64,000 bases of DNA from IMG/VR virus record IMGVR_UViG_3300021420_000016, positions 64,001-128,000 of that record; one strand, 5' to 3'. This DNA is from a virus. Shown one piece after another: positions 24,693 to 35,289 of the stretch. Position numbers and translations under genes: made by a program. Under the pieces are notes generated by a model. The model saw only the letters and a program-made list of their open reading frames with translations. It ran no database searches and was not told where the DNA came from. Numbering within the stretch: the first letter of the stretch is position 1; every line of letters starts with the position of its first letter.

Positions 24693-25387
24693 CAGGCCGC
24701 CTTCCTTACCGGGGAGGGGCGCCGGCCCGGGCGGCCATGCACCTTGATCGGGCCGCCGACGTGTTTCCAAATGCGCCCGTTGACTATGTTGCTGACCGTG
24801 CTATCCGACAGGCCGTACTCGCGAGCGAGGTTCGTCTCGAACTCGCCCGCTGCGAACCGCTCCCGTATAGCGAGAACCTGCGGCTCGGTGACCTTAGCCA
24901 TCGGGTGCGCGCTGCCGTGCGATGAGCGCCCGCGCGCCCACATGTCATCCACGTTCTCCTGGCGGGTGCCATAGTAGACGTGCGCCGGATTGCAGCACGG
25001 TGGATTATCACAGCGATGGCAGCCCTCTCTGCCGGCCGGGCACGGGATGCCGGTGGCGAGTTCGCGGGCGAAGGTGTGCGCGGGCACCTTGCCCCGCTCG
25101 GGTGAGACGAAAAACTCACCGTGTCCACTCTTATAGGCGGAGGCCTTCCAGGGCCAGCAGTCGTCGGGCCCGAGGCGCGTGACCTTCTCGTGGAACCGCT
25201 CGGCGACCGTCTTGCGCTTCAGATTCAGCGCGGGTGGCCGTTCGGTGCCCTTGGTGGCGCGATACCAAATGTAGTAGTGCCGATGGCAGCGGCCCCGGGC
25301 GCGGATCTTCTTGCCGCAGTTGCCGATGATGCAGCCCGTTAGTCCTTGCGCGCTTACGACTGCGGGCACGTCTTGGCTAGCATCCAT
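24692..25387 (-). CDS. HNH homing endonuclease
   Basis: CWPW...AH...[14 protein letters not shown]...[10 protein letters not shown]; C-terminal HTH. Confidence 0.9.
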   Translation of the reverse strand: MDASQDVPAVVSAQGLTGCIIGNCGKKIRARGRCHRHYYIWYRATKGTERPPALNLKRKTVAERFHEKVTRLGPDDCWPWKASAYKSGHGEFFVSPERGKVPAHTFARELATGIPCPAGREGCHRCDNPPCCNPAHVYYGTRQENVDDMWARGRSSHGSAHPMAKVTEPQVLAIRERFAAGEFETNLAREYGLSDSTVSNIVNGRIWKHVGGPIKVHGRPGRRPSPVRKAA

Positions 25388-25542
25388 GGCTAGCCCCCTC
25401 TCGCGACGACCGAGACGGCGGGTAAGGGGCCGCCGGGTGATGACACACCGGGCGGTCCCGTTAATTATCCCACGGCATTCGTTCACGTGTTCGGCCATTC
25501 GCGATCAGAGGTAGTCCGTGTCGAACGGTTGAACGTTTCTTG

Positions 25543-26001
25543 TTACGCCACCTTCCGCAGCGGCCGCTCCCCGAGCATGGCCTTCTCGCCCGTGGCGGCC
25601 TGTTCGTGGCCGGCGGCGATTATCTCGCGCTCCCACTCCTCCAGCTTGCGCCCGTTCCAGTGCGTCGGTGCCCCTTGCCTGGGCGCCGCCGCCGCGGGCT
25701 TCGGGCTTTGCACCGTCCGCATCTGCTCCGTGCCGGCCTGCAAATCCACGTCGATCGTTCCTCCGTTTGCGCGATGATCCGCCAGGTAATGACGGAGCGT
25801 TGCCCTTGCCACGCCCACCCGGGCGCACACCTCATCCGGATCCACACCCGCTGCGGTCAGCCGTACCGCTTCCGCGATGCGCCGCTGCCTGGCCGCGCGG
25901 GCTTGCGCCCGGTCCTCCCGCAGTTCCCCCGGCGGTCCGGGGGCCATCCGCGGGGCGGCCACGGGCGTCCCAAAGCTGATGGCATGTCGCACAGTAGCCA
26001 T
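25543..26001 (-). CDS. HTH protein
   Basis: GVDPDEVCARVGVARATLRHYL. Confidence 0.55.
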   Translation of the reverse strand: MATVRHAISFGTPVAAPRMAPGPPGELREDRAQARAARQRRIAEAVRLTAAGVDPDEVCARVGVARATLRHYLADHRANGGTIDVDLQAGTEQMRTVQSPKPAAAAPRQGAPTHWNGRKLEEWEREIIAAGHEQAATGEKAMLGERPLRKVA

Positions 26002-26064
26002 CCTCGCGCTTGTCCCGCAGGCGCAACTCCCGGCCGCACAAGCTGTTGATGCAGCGGAGTGCGG

Positions 26065-26631
26065 TCATGCCGGGATCTCCCACAGAACGCCCTGCGAGGC
26101 GGGCGGCGACTTGACTGGTACTGGCGTGGCCCGTACCAGCTCGGCGGCCGGCATAGGCGTGCTGCGACGGCTGATTTTTCGGCCGGGCAACTGCTGATAC
26201 ACCCACAGGCCACCCTTAGTGAACCCCACATGCGACCACCCGGCGCGCAGGTAGCACCAGCCTGGAATCTCCTTAGGCTTGGTCTTGCGCGGGTCAATGA
26301 AACTGACGATGCCCAGCTCGGGTACATCGGGCCACTCGGCACGCGTGTGGGCGACCGCCCAACGGATGAGGTCCGATGCAAGGTGCGGGGAATCCTCTCG
26401 GCGGAACAAGCTATTCACCCACGCCCCCCCCCCCCATGCGTGCTTGACGTACTGCGCGTACGGCCAGGAGGTGACCCACACCGCCGAACGGTCTTCGGTG
26501 AGCAGCACGAAGCAGCTACCCGGCGGGACGAACTGCGGCGAGCCCGGCTTCTGCCGGTTGTAATGCCGGTCGGCGAGTGGCAGCGCGGCGGGGTCTGCTC
26601 GATGGGAGCGCAGCCAGGGGGAGCCGGTCAC
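26065..26631 (-). CDS. putative Mom-like/GNAT-fold DNA-modification protein
   Basis: ADRHY, NSLFRRE, ASDLI, IVSFID, GWCYLRAGW; next to a methyltransferase. Confidence 0.45.
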   Translation of the reverse strand: MTGSPWLRSHRADPAALPLADRHYNRQKPGSPQFVPPGSCFVLLTEDRSAVWVTSWPYAQYVKHAWGGGAWVNSLFRREDSPHLASDLIRWAVAHTRAEWPDVPELGIVSFIDPRKTKPKEIPGWCYLRAGWSHVGFTKGGLWVYQQLPGRKISRRSTPMPAAELVRATPVPVKSPPASQGVLWEIPA

Positions 26632-27137
26632 AGCAGCACCTCCTGCGCTAGCACGGTGGCCATGACGCCAGTACCGGGGAACAGGTCATCAAGCGTGTCC
26701 TCGCTGCCGATGTAGCCGAGCAGGTCGAGCACCCATCGGCAGAAGGGGGGGGGGGGCTTAGCGCCAGTCAGCCCGCGCTTGAGCGTGATGACCTGGCTGA
26801 GGTGATCCCGGCCGACTGGTGCACCGGCCTTGGAGCTATCCCGCCCGGGCCGGAAAAGGACGGGCTCCCAGGTGTAGGCGATGCGGACGTTCCGCTTGAA
26901 TGCCGCGAACGGCTTGACCCAGGCCGCGACGCGGACACCGGCGGGCGCGAGGGGCAGCAACTCTTGCAGTGAGGTAGACGAGCAACTGTAGGCCCAGCCG
27001 TCGTATTCACGGTCGAGGCGCAGCATTAGCGCTTCGTGCTCGTCTGTCTCATCCCAGCAGCCCCACGGCTCCTGGTGCCGGTGCTCGTACCGGCGGCAGC
27101 ACCCAAGGTAGGGCGGGTCGGCGTAGGCGAACTTCAT
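26628..27137 (-). CDS. small amino-DNA methyltransferase (DPPY, beta order)
   Basis: YADPPY at N-terminus, DDLFPGTG at C-terminus. Confidence 0.8.
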   Translation of the reverse strand: MKFAYADPPYLGCCRRYEHRHQEPWGCWDETDEHEALMLRLDREYDGWAYSCSSTSLQELLPLAPAGVRVAAWVKPFAAFKRNVRIAYTWEPVLFRPGRDSSKAGAPVGRDHLSQVITLKRGLTGAKPPPPFCRWVLDLLGYIGSEDTLDDLFPGTGVMATVLAQEVLL

Positions 27138-28009
27138 GCTGCCACTTCCTGCTTCCGGGTGGTGGCATGGGCCGCCCGGGCCAGGGCCGTGTTGAGCGTG
27201 TCCCGTCTCAACCCGAGGCGTTCCGCGATCTGCCGGCGCACCAGTTCCGGCGCCACTGCGCGGAGCGGGTGCGAGGCCTCCAGTTCGGCGTAGTCGGCGG
27301 CGAGCTCGGCGGAGGGAGTGGATTTCTTGCGCCGCCACCCGACTGGGGCCGGGGTGTCCGGGTTGTCGATCTCGTCGTCGTCCCAGGCCATCGGGACCGG
27401 CCAGTTGTTCCGTTCGGCGCGCCTGCGGGCCATGGTGGCGGCTCTGCGCTGTCCCGGCGTGGCCGTAGGGGGAGGCTGATCCCACAACTGGTCGTAGGCG
27501 GCGCACATGCCCCGTGCGACGCGGGCGGTGACCATGGTTACCCGGCCGGAGACGATCGCTTCCAGGTGGTCGTGGCACATGGGCACTAGCGGGGCGATGC
27601 CTGTCCCGGTGTGCCCGCGGGCGATCAGCGCCTGGGCGCGCCGGCGGGTACCCGTGGCGTCTGTCGCGGCCCCGGCGGCGAGGGCGGCGGCCGGGTCGGC
27701 GAGAACCGTTCCGGCGGCGCGGGTGATCTGCGCGGCGTTGTGTGCGGTGACTGCGGGCTGCCCGCAGTACATCAGCCGGCTCAGTGTCGAGTAGGGGACG
27801 CCGGACAGTTCGGCGAACCTTCGCAGGCCGATTCCCGCGTCCATGCACCGGCGGACGAGGGCGCGGGCTGGAGTGGCGTCAGTAGTGGTGTAGGGGGGCT
27901 TGGCTAGGGTGGCGTTCACGGCCGGGTTCCTTCTTAGGGTAGGGACTGGGCTGAGGGCCGGCGGCACGTGTACAGCGTGCGGCCGGCCCGTGGTCATGGT
28001 GGCGGTCAT
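27134..28009 (-). CDS. multi-HTH phage protein
   Basis: GLRRFAELSGVPYSTLSRL; GTRRRAQALIARGH; PMAWDDD. Confidence 0.65.
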   Translation of the reverse strand: MTATMTTGRPHAVHVPPALSPVPTLRRNPAVNATLAKPPYTTTDATPARALVRRCMDAGIGLRRFAELSGVPYSTLSRLMYCGQPAVTAHNAAQITRAAGTVLADPAAALAAGAATDATGTRRRAQALIARGHTGTGIAPLVPMCHDHLEAIVSGRVTMVTARVARGMCAAYDQLWDQPPPTATPGQRRAATMARRRAERNNWPVPMAWDDDEIDNPDTPAPVGWRRKKSTPSAELAADYAELEASHPLRAVAPELVRRQIAERLGLRRDTLNTALARAAHATTRKQEVAA

Positions 28010-29403
28010 TTGGGACTCGCCGGAACGTGCTTGCCGCTGGCCGTCCAGTTGTCACTGGCCATGTCAACAAAGCGGCTGTAGTGTCCCTGGAATGCGACGG
28101 TCACTGTCGCCATCGGGCCGTTCCGGTGCTTGGCGATAATAAGGTCCGCTTCCCCGGTCCGGGGTGAGTCCGTTTCGTGCATATCCTCGCGGTAAAGGAG
28201 GATTACGACGTCCGGGTCTTGTTCCAAACTGCCCGATTCGCGTAGATCTGAGAGCAATGGGCGTTTATCACTGCGCATTTCCGGGCCCCGATTGAGCTGG
28301 GAGATAGCGACCACCGGCACGTGAAGCTCCTTGGCCAGCAGCTTCAGCGACCGGGAGATGTCCGACACCTCCTGCTGCCGGTTCTCCACCCGCCGGCCGG
28401 GGGTGCTCATCAACTGCAGGTAGTCCACGATCACCAGCCGCAGGTCGTGGCGCATCTTCAGCCGCCGGCACTTCGCCCGGATCTCCATCAGGGACATGTT
28501 CGGCGAGTCGTCGATGAACAGCGGCGCGCCGGCGATCTCCTCCATGCACTGGGCGAGCCGGGCCCAGTCCTTTTCGGTCAACTGGCCGGTCCGCATTGCG
28601 TGCAATGGCACCCGCGCCTCCGCCGACAGTAGCCGCATGGTGATCTCGTTGCGGGTCATCTCCAGGCTGAAGATCGCCGTCGCGAGACCGTGCTTGATCG
28701 CCGCCGACCTGGCAAAATCTCCACCTAGCGTCGACTTGCCTGCGCCGGGCCTTGCGGCCACGACCACCATCTGCCCTGGGTGCAGTCCGTGTGTCAGGGA
28801 GTCCAGGTCGAGGAATCCGGTCGGCACGCCGGTGAGTGCGCCGCCGTTAGCGCCGATCGCCTCGACCTCGTCCATGGCGCCGGGGAGGATTTCGGCCAGT
28901 GACAGGTAGTCCTCCCCCGCCCGCCGGTCGGCGACCGCGTACAGTGCCGTTTCGGCCCGGTCGAGCATGTCGTCGGCGTCGGCGGTGGCGTCGTAGCCGA
29001 ACTGGGCGATGCGGGTGCCCGCTTCGGCGAGGCGGCGCAGGATCGCCTTCTCCCGGACGATCCGCGCGTAGTACCCGGCATTGGCGGCGGTGGGTACTGA
29101 CGCGAACAGGGTGTGCAGGTACCCGGCGCCGCCCGCCCTTAGGAGGGTGCCCTCTTTGCCCATCAGGTCGGCGACCGTGACCGCGTCGGCGGGCTCGCCG
29201 CGGGAGTACAGGTCCAGGATTGCCTCGTGCACCATCTGGTGCGCCGGGCGGTAGTGGTCGAGCGGCCCGATGATCTCGATGACATCCGCGATGGCGTCTT
29301 TCGACATGAGCATGCCGCCGAGGACGCACTGTTCCGCGGCGAGGTCATGCGGCGGGATGCGCTCGAACCCGGGTGGCGGCGCGACGTCTGCCAGGGCGCT
29401 CAT
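28006..29403 (-). CDS. dnaB: replicative DNA helicase
   Basis: PPHDLAAEQ; AARPGAGKS; IVDYLQL; SQLNR; DLRESGSLEQD. Confidence 0.97.
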   Translation of the reverse strand: MSALADVAPPPGFERIPPHDLAAEQCVLGGMLMSKDAIADVIEIIGPLDHYRPAHQMVHEAILDLYSRGEPADAVTVADLMGKEGTLLRAGGAGYLHTLFASVPTAANAGYYARIVREKAILRRLAEAGTRIAQFGYDATADADDMLDRAETALYAVADRRAGEDYLSLAEILPGAMDEVEAIGANGGALTGVPTGFLDLDSLTHGLHPGQMVVVAARPGAGKSTLGGDFARSAAIKHGLATAIFSLEMTRNEITMRLLSAEARVPLHAMRTGQLTEKDWARLAQCMEEIAGAPLFIDDSPNMSLMEIRAKCRRLKMRHDLRLVIVDYLQLMSTPGRRVENRQQEVSDISRSLKLLAKELHVPVVAISQLNRGPEMRSDKRPLLSDLRESGSLEQDPDVVILLYREDMHETDSPRTGEADLIIAKHRNGPMATVTVAFQGHYSRFVDMASDNWTASGKHVPASPK

Positions 29404-30479
29404 GACACGGCTGCTTTCCTGTCAGCGGCGCAGGATGGGCATTCGGATCCGGCCGCATGGCTGACGTGATGGTCCGGGCAGGTCACCTTCGGCCTGGGCG
29501 GCGGCGCGGTCCGGTCGCGGGCAGCCGCCCACCAGTAACCGTCGGCGTGCAGGCCGCCGGGAGAGTGTGATCTTTCATCGGCAGCGCGGATCAGCGCGGC
29601 AGCGCGGATCAGCGGCCAAGGGCGATCGAGGGTGTCGCGGTGGCACAGGGACTCGCGGATTGACCGTTCCGACCAGTCCGGGCGGATGGTGCGGATGGTG
29701 CCGACCAGTGCGCTGACCTCGCCGTCTGAGGGGGTTTCCTGGACTAGGCCCCCCTCCCCCGTTTGGGCGCCGGGAAGGCCGAACGGGACCATGGGCGACT
29801 GGGCCCAGCTTGCGCCGGGGGCGGGGGGATTGGGGCCAGGGGCGAGGGGCTTTCTTAGGGATCCACCGTTATTTCTCCCCTTCCCCCTGGCCCCCTGGGC
29901 ACCGGGTAGGACACGGAGGTCGGCAGGGGCATCAGCCGGGCGCTCCGCACGGTGGTCAGCAACCCCCTCCGCATGGCCCTGCGGAGGGGGGTCGGCAGGG
30001 CCCTGTGGGAGGGCATGGGCAAGGCGGGCGGGAAGGGCGTCCAGCAGGGCGATTACAGGTTCACGGGTCTTGTTGGTCAGTTCCTTCAAGGGAAGCCGGC
30101 CCAGTTCGCGGAAGATCACGGCGCGCAGCGTCGCCGATTCCACGCGCGCCGCGTCGGCGATGGCGATGGCTAGCACCTTCGGCTGCTTCCAGACCTCGTC
30201 GTTGCGGATCAAGGTGCGGATCAGCAACTCCCCGGTGTCCTCGTCCGCGATCGTGAACCGGGCTGCGCAGGTGTACTTCAGTGCGGCCGCGAGCGTCTCC
30301 TGGTCCCAGCCGATCCGGCGGGCCCACAGCCGCAGGTTGATCGTGATGACGCCGCAGTGGCGTAGCTCCGGCTGGGCCAGCAGCATCTGGTAGAGGTTTT
30401 TCCCGTCCGGGTGCAGAGCGCGCCAGTCGTCGTCGTCGGTCCACATGGACGCCTTGAGGCGCGCCTCGGTCCGCGGCAT
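29400..30479 (-). CDS. putative phage replication initiator
   Basis: SMWTDDDDWRAL..LY.MLL N-terminus; directly upstream of dnaB. Confidence 0.6.
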   Translation of the reverse strand: MPRTEARLKASMWTDDDDWRALHPDGKNLYQMLLAQPELRHCGVITINLRLWARRIGWDQETLAAALKYTCAARFTIADEDTGELLIRTLIRNDEVWKQPKVLAIAIADAARVESATLRAVIFRELGRLPLKELTNKTREPVIALLDALPARLAHALPQGPADPPPQGHAEGVADHRAERPADAPADLRVLPGAQGARGKGRNNGGSLRKPLAPGPNPPAPGASWAQSPMVPFGLPGAQTGEGGLVQETPSDGEVSALVGTIRTIRPDWSERSIRESLCHRDTLDRPWPLIRAAALIRAADERSHSPGGLHADGYWWAAARDRTAPPPRPKVTCPDHHVSHAAGSECPSCAADRKAAVS

Positions 30480-30718
30480 CAGACCTCGCCGCCTTCGGTG
30501 ATGCGCTGGGGGATGGCCACGTTGCGGGCCACCTTTCCGGGGTCTCGTTGTGCAGTTAACTCACTACGCACCGGCAAGGGCGCTCTGTCCGGACTCTAGT
30601 CCGACAATAATACGGTTGCAAGTCTGTACTGGGGACTACTTTCAGGTATGACACAGTGGTACGATTGCCCCAAGTCATGACCGGACGTCATGACCCATGG
30701 CCCTGAACTCCGAGGAGC

Positions 30719-30997
30719 GTGGACGAGTTGACCGACCCGCTGAACGACTTGCTGGCCGAGCTTGCCCGCGATGCCGCCGAGGTCGAGGAGTACGACCCGA
30801 AGGCGGAGGCAGCCCGGCAGCGCATCCGGGACAAGCTCCCCCAAGCCCGCGCGCTTGGCGCCGGCCCAGCGGAACTGGAGCGCGCGATCCGCGGCATCTA
30901 CACCGCGAAGTCCATCAGCCGCTGGACCGACGAGTCCGCACCCGGGGACCAGCGCCGCGGCCGCCGCAAGCGCAACGGCGCACCCGTCGCCGCCTGA
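30719..30997 (+). CDS. small divergent DNA-binding protein
   Basis: ARALGAGPAELERAI..YTAKSISRW. Confidence 0.5.
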   Translation: MDELTDPLNDLLAELARDAAEVEEYDPKAEAARQRIRDKLPQARALGAGPAELERAIRGIYTAKSISRWTDESAPGDQRRGRRKRNGAPVAA

Positions 30998-31020
30998 TCT
31001 CGCACTCCCCCAGCCCGCCA

Positions 31021-32340
31021 TCACGCTGCCGTCTCCTGTAGCTGAGCCGGCGTCGCCTGCCGCTGGATGCCTGCCGCCATGGTGATCACGTGCTGGGCTA
31101 GCAGGGGCGGCATTGCGTTGCCGACCTGCTGGAACTGCTTGGTTTGGCTCCCCCGCCATGGATAGTCCGGCGGGAACGACTGGAGGACCGCAGCCTCCTG
31201 GACGGTGATCCGCACCGGCTCGGCCCGCAGCTCACCCGGGCCAGGTTCATGTACCCACGCCGCCCAGTTGGACCGGCCACCGAAGAACAGCGTCCCTGCG
31301 GGCTCGTCCAGTGACCGCGTGCAAGCGTTGTTGTTGTTGTTGTTGTTGCGGAAGACCCACTGGCCAGCTCTCTGCGCGGCCGCGAGTGCGTCGCGGTCCC
31401 GGTGCCCGAACGGTTCAGCACCACCGGTGGCGGTCCCGCCGGCGGTGACCGTCGGCGCCGGCCGGCCGGTCGCCCCCCAGCCAAGGACTTTCTCCATGGA
31501 CACCCACGGGGTGCCCCACAGTTGCTCGCCGCCGCGCGGATCGTAATGCACTGGCGGCGGGCAGGACACGGGACGCGAGCGTGAGGCGATCAGGATGGCG
31601 CGTTGCCGGGTCTGCGGCACGCCATAGTCGGCGGCGTTGAGCTTCCCGCACCAGGTGCTGTAGCCGGCCTTCTGCAGTTCGTCTGCATACACCTGCCACA
31701 GGGGCAGCACGGCCGGCACCTGCTCCAGCGCCACCCATTCGGGCTGGCCGGCGTAGATGAACCGGGCCGGCTCAAGGACCAGGGAAGCCGACCGGACAGC
31801 GTCCCAGATCTTCGCCGATCGCTGAGCGCGGGTCAGGTGCGAGCCAGGCGGCGCGCTCGCCATGTCGCGCAGGCGCTTGTGGGGGGAGTTCCTTCGGGCC
31901 AGCAGTTTCCGCTTCCATGCCTGCTGGCGCTTGCGCCGCCATGCCTCGGCGGTCATCTGCGGGGTAGGTGATCCACCTAGCCACCCGGCCAGCCGCAGGG
32001 TGGTGACCATCTCTCGCCGCCGCCGTGCCCGGGTCGCCTGGCCAGCGAACTGGTCCCGTATCCCGTCGGCGAGAATGGCGATCACCCCGAGCCCGGCGCC
32101 CAGGCCGGCCATGCTGAACACGATGCACGGCGGGCTGTGACATTGACCCCAAGTCTTCCTGGCTAGTCCTTCGACCGGGAAGGCGCTCATATCGGCGTGA
32201 ATGGTCAGGTGGCCTGCAGCGGCGCGGGTGGCGCAGGCGGTGGCGTCCCGTTCAATGCCGATCGAGCGCAGGCCGAGCATGCGGAGCGCCTCGTCCCAGC
32301 CGCCGGGACCACCGAATCCGTCCAACACAAGGTCGCTCAC
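31021..32340 (-). CDS. C5-cytosine DNA methyltransferase
   Basis: FGGPGG, SPPC, EQV, YGVPQTRQR, QSFP, QVGNA. Confidence 0.92.
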   Translation of the reverse strand: MSDLVLDGFGGPGGWDEALRMLGLRSIGIERDATACATRAAAGHLTIHADMSAFPVEGLARKTWGQCHSPPCIVFSMAGLGAGLGVIAILADGIRDQFAGQATRARRRREMVTTLRLAGWLGGSPTPQMTAEAWRRKRQQAWKRKLLARRNSPHKRLRDMASAPPGSHLTRAQRSAKIWDAVRSASLVLEPARFIYAGQPEWVALEQVPAVLPLWQVYADELQKAGYSTWCGKLNAADYGVPQTRQRAILIASRSRPVSCPPPVHYDPRGGEQLWGTPWVSMEKVLGWGATGRPAPTVTAGGTATGGAEPFGHRDRDALAAAQRAGQWVFRNNNNNNNACTRSLDEPAGTLFFGGRSNWAAWVHEPGPGELRAEPVRITVQEAAVLQSFPPDYPWRGSQTKQFQQVGNAMPPLLAQHVITMAAGIQRQATPAQLQETAA

Positions 32341-32981
32341 AACGTCACCTCGGTGATGTGCAGGGTCACCTGGCCGCGGGGGCAAGTGCCGGGCAGTAGT
32401 TCGTAGGTGACCCGCCGGACGTGCTTGCGGCTGTCACCACCGCCGAATACCCCCGTGTCCGCGATGCCATCGATCAGATGCTTACCGGTGGGCGCGAGGT
32501 TCTCACTGTCCTCAATCCGCGCCGCGGCGAAGGGGTGACGGTCTTTGCGCCGCCTCGGTGGCGGCAGGTAGGTGACATGGATGTCGGCGCGGTGGATCAG
32601 TGGCAGGCGGCTGCTCCTCGCCGCAATCCCTCCGTGTTGCCGGAGCGTCTTGATGATCTCCGCTTTCGGGTGGAGGGACAGCCGGTTGTTGGCGGTGAGC
32701 AGTTCCATGCCGGCCGGGAACTGGATCGTCCACGTCCTGGGGTCACCGGCCGGCGCGCTTCCACCAGACACGCCGGCCGGCGACGTTTTCAGAGCCCCGC
32801 GGGGGCCAGCGGCAGGCCGGCCTGCCCGCGGGGCCTGCTCTCCTCGCGGGGATCGCCTGGGGGGCGCGGAGGAGAGCGCTGCGCCAGCCCCGATCGGGGA
32901 GCCGGGGGGCGCAGCAGGCACCACCAGCCGCGCGGCGGGCGCGGCCCTGGTGGTGCGTCTTGGGGTCCGGGTGGTGGTCAC
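32337..32981 (-). CDS. RusA-like Holliday junction resolvase
   Basis: LLTAN...DSENLAPTGKHLIDGIAD.GV...D. Confidence 0.7.
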   Translation of the reverse strand: MTTTRTPRRTTRAAPAARLVVPAAPPGSPIGAGAALSSAPPRRSPRGEQAPRAGRPAAGPRGALKTSPAGVSGGSAPAGDPRTWTIQFPAGMELLTANNRLSLHPKAEIIKTLRQHGGIAARSSRLPLIHRADIHVTYLPPPRRRKDRHPFAAARIEDSENLAPTGKHLIDGIADTGVFGGGDSRKHVRRVTYELLPGTCPRGQVTLHITEVTL

Positions 32982-33604
32982 GCCGCAATCTCCCGCCGTG
33001 CCACCAGGGCAATCACCCGGGAAACGAGTTCGGCCCGCAGATCCATCAGTGCCGTGAACTCGCCGACGTAGCGCTCCATGTCGCCGCGCTGCTGCTCGAA
33101 CACTTCTGCCAGTTCGGCACTGCCCATGCCTTCCTCGCGCAGCCCCTGGGCTCCGTCGAGCAGGTGAACGATCTTTGGCAGGCATTTATCGAGACCGCGG
33201 ACGAACCGGGCTTCGGGCAGTTCCTGCTCCTCGTAGAGGCGGACCATGAACGGCACCCATGGCAGCCGGCCGTGGAACTCCGCACTGATGCGCTCGATGG
33301 CTTCGTGCTCGCGGGCGGCTTTAGCTTTGCGCCCGGCGGCGTCGATGCGCAGCGTGGAGGTGTCCCCGGCGTAGACCTCGGGCATGTCGTGGATCAGCGC
33401 GAACTGGGCGATCAGGCCGATGTCGAGCCGGCCGTTGTACAAGGCCTGGGCGAGGGCTGGGGCGATCCACCCGAGCATGACCGTGTGGTCGGCGTCGGAT
33501 TCCCGGGTCGCCCCGTCGGGGTGGTAGCAAGCGGTCCGGTCGATCTGGCCGAACGCCATCGCGAGCCGCCCAAGGTCAATCACGGCGTCCGCGAGCCCGC
33601 TCAT
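32978..33604 (-). CDS. HD-domain phosphohydrolase (YfbR-like)
   Basis: ESDADH; LIHDMPEVYAGD; DK. Confidence 0.85.
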   Translation of the reverse strand: MSGLADAVIDLGRLAMAFGQIDRTACYHPDGATRESDADHTVMLGWIAPALAQALYNGRLDIGLIAQFALIHDMPEVYAGDTSTLRIDAAGRKAKAAREHEAIERISAEFHGRLPWVPFMVRLYEEQELPEARFVRGLDKCLPKIVHLLDGAQGLREEGMGSAELAEVFEQQRGDMERYVGEFTALMDLRAELVSRVIALVARREIAA

Positions 33605-33860
33605 GACACACGCGCCGGGAGGTCTTCGCTGCTCCATAGTGCCCCTTGGTCGGGGTGTGGCGTCTTGTCCAGTTCAGCCTCGCGTGCGGCCTTCTCGCGC
33701 AGTTCGTCCCGGAGGGACAGCATGCCCTGCCCTTCTGGGCACAACCCGGCGGGGCGGCGCTTGCGCGCGGCGGGTTCGCACTGATGGCAGCCTCTGCGGT
33801 GGTGCTGCCATGTCTCGTCGGCGTCGCGGGCGCTGGCCCGGGCCATGGTCGTCTCGTAGC

Positions 33861-34907
33861 TCATGGTGGTGTCCCTTCGCCTGTCCGGTCCAGGTCGGCC
33901 CGTGCTGCTGCCTGCGCCATGTCGGCGCACAGCATCCGGAGCTGATCGCGGAACCGGTCCTTGCTGTCCTGCGGGATGTCCCGCAGGGTGAATTCCATCT
34001 CGGCGGCGTACTCGTCCAGTTCGCGCGATCCGCGGGCCCACCGCCACGCCTGCCTGCCACCCTCGATGGCGGCGTGCAGCAGCAGGCAGACGGCGAGCAT
34101 CACTGCCAGGGCCAGCAGGAGGCCCAGGGCGGCTGGGAGGCAGATGAACGTCGGCAGGGTGGCGAGCACCCGCCAGGCGGGCCGCCGTTTTTGGCGGCGG
34201 AATTCTCCCTGCGCGTAAGACATCGTTAACGCCGCCCCCTCCCCCGGCGCCGCGGCCGCGTACCTGCCGCCGGGGGTGAGCCATGCGATCGTTCCCCCGC
34301 CGTGGCCGTGGAGCGTGACCGGGTAGCCGCCGGGCTGCTCCTGGCCGTTGCGTCTGCGCCAGAAACCCTTCTCGAACATGTGCGGGTCACGATTCTCGCA
34401 CAAGCCGTGACAGCCTGTGGCGGAAGTGCCGCAGAGCAGGCAGCCATTCGCCGCCGACCGGTACAGCCGCCCCGCCGACCCGCCGGCGCCCCGGGCGTAG
34501 ATGTGCTGGATCTGGCCGCCGTGTTCACCGAGCCACACCCCGCATGCTTCGCAGCGGGCGTTCTGCGGGTCGCCGTTCCCCGCGCGGGTGCGGATGAGCA
34601 GCCTCACCGCGGCGGGGAACCCGGTGTCCCGGGGCGCTTTGCGGCCTGCGGGCCGCACAGTGCCGGGCGGGGCGCTCGCCGTGAGCGCAGCCTTGCCCGG
34701 TGAGCGGCCGGCCGGCGCGGGGTACAGGTGCCAGCCGCCGCATGCCGCATGGTAGCGGGCCTGCCTGGCCGGGCCGTTCTCGTGGCGGGACGAGTCGGCC
34801 CGGCCAGGGCCTGCGAGCGCCAGCCCGGCGGCTATCGCGTCGTCGTAGCGGTACCGGCCGCACCCCGGGTGCAGGCCCTGGCGACGCTTCAGGGCGGCCT
34901 GTTTCAC
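33861..34907 (-). CDS. HNH-like protein, in frame with a downstream membrane ORF
   Basis: CEACG..QHIYARGAGG..NGCLLCG..CH; second start ATG at 34223. Confidence 0.55.
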   Translation of the reverse strand: MKQAALKRRQGLHPGCGRYRYDDAIAAGLALAGPGRADSSRHENGPARQARYHAACGGWHLYPAPAGRSPGKAALTASAPPGTVRPAGRKAPRDTGFPAAVRLLIRTRAGNGDPQNARCEACGVWLGEHGGQIQHIYARGAGGSAGRLYRSAANGCLLCGTSATGCHGLCENRDPHMFEKGFWRRRNGQEQPGGYPVTLHGHGGGTIAWLTPGGRYAAAAPGEGAALTMSYAQGEFRRQKRRPAWRVLATLPTFICLPAALGLLLALAVMLAVCLLLHAAIEGGRQAWRWARGSRELDEYAAEMEFTLRDIPQDSKDRFRDQLRMLCADMAQAAARADLDRTGEGTPP

Positions 34908-35289
34908 GGCGTGCCGCCTTGCCCGGCGAGGGACACGAGGGCTTTCTCCCGGCTGGCCATGGTGCGGCCGATGTCGATGCGCGCGTGCAGCGCCTTGAGG
35001 GATTCGCGCTGCCGGCGCACCGCGGCGACGGCCTTGCCCCAGGTGCGCCACTGCGCGTCGGTGCCGGCGATGGCCCGCTGCTTGCGGTCCTCCAGCGTCC
35101 CGGCCGCTTCGGCGTATGCGGCAGCGAACGCCTTGCGGAAGTCGCCTTCGGTGTCGACGGCGAGTTCTTCCAGTTCGGCGAGCAGCGTGATCTCGGTTTC
35201 CAGGTCGCGGCCGAGCGCGCCAAGATGCCGGATGACCGCATCCCCGTCGAAGACGTGCGCGTCACCCAGCGGGCCGGCAGGATTAATGG

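Noticed and set aside
30597-30625. AGTCCGACAATAATAC, resembling the left arm of the dif-like site
   Set aside because: No matching right arm; more likely part of a divergent promoter region.
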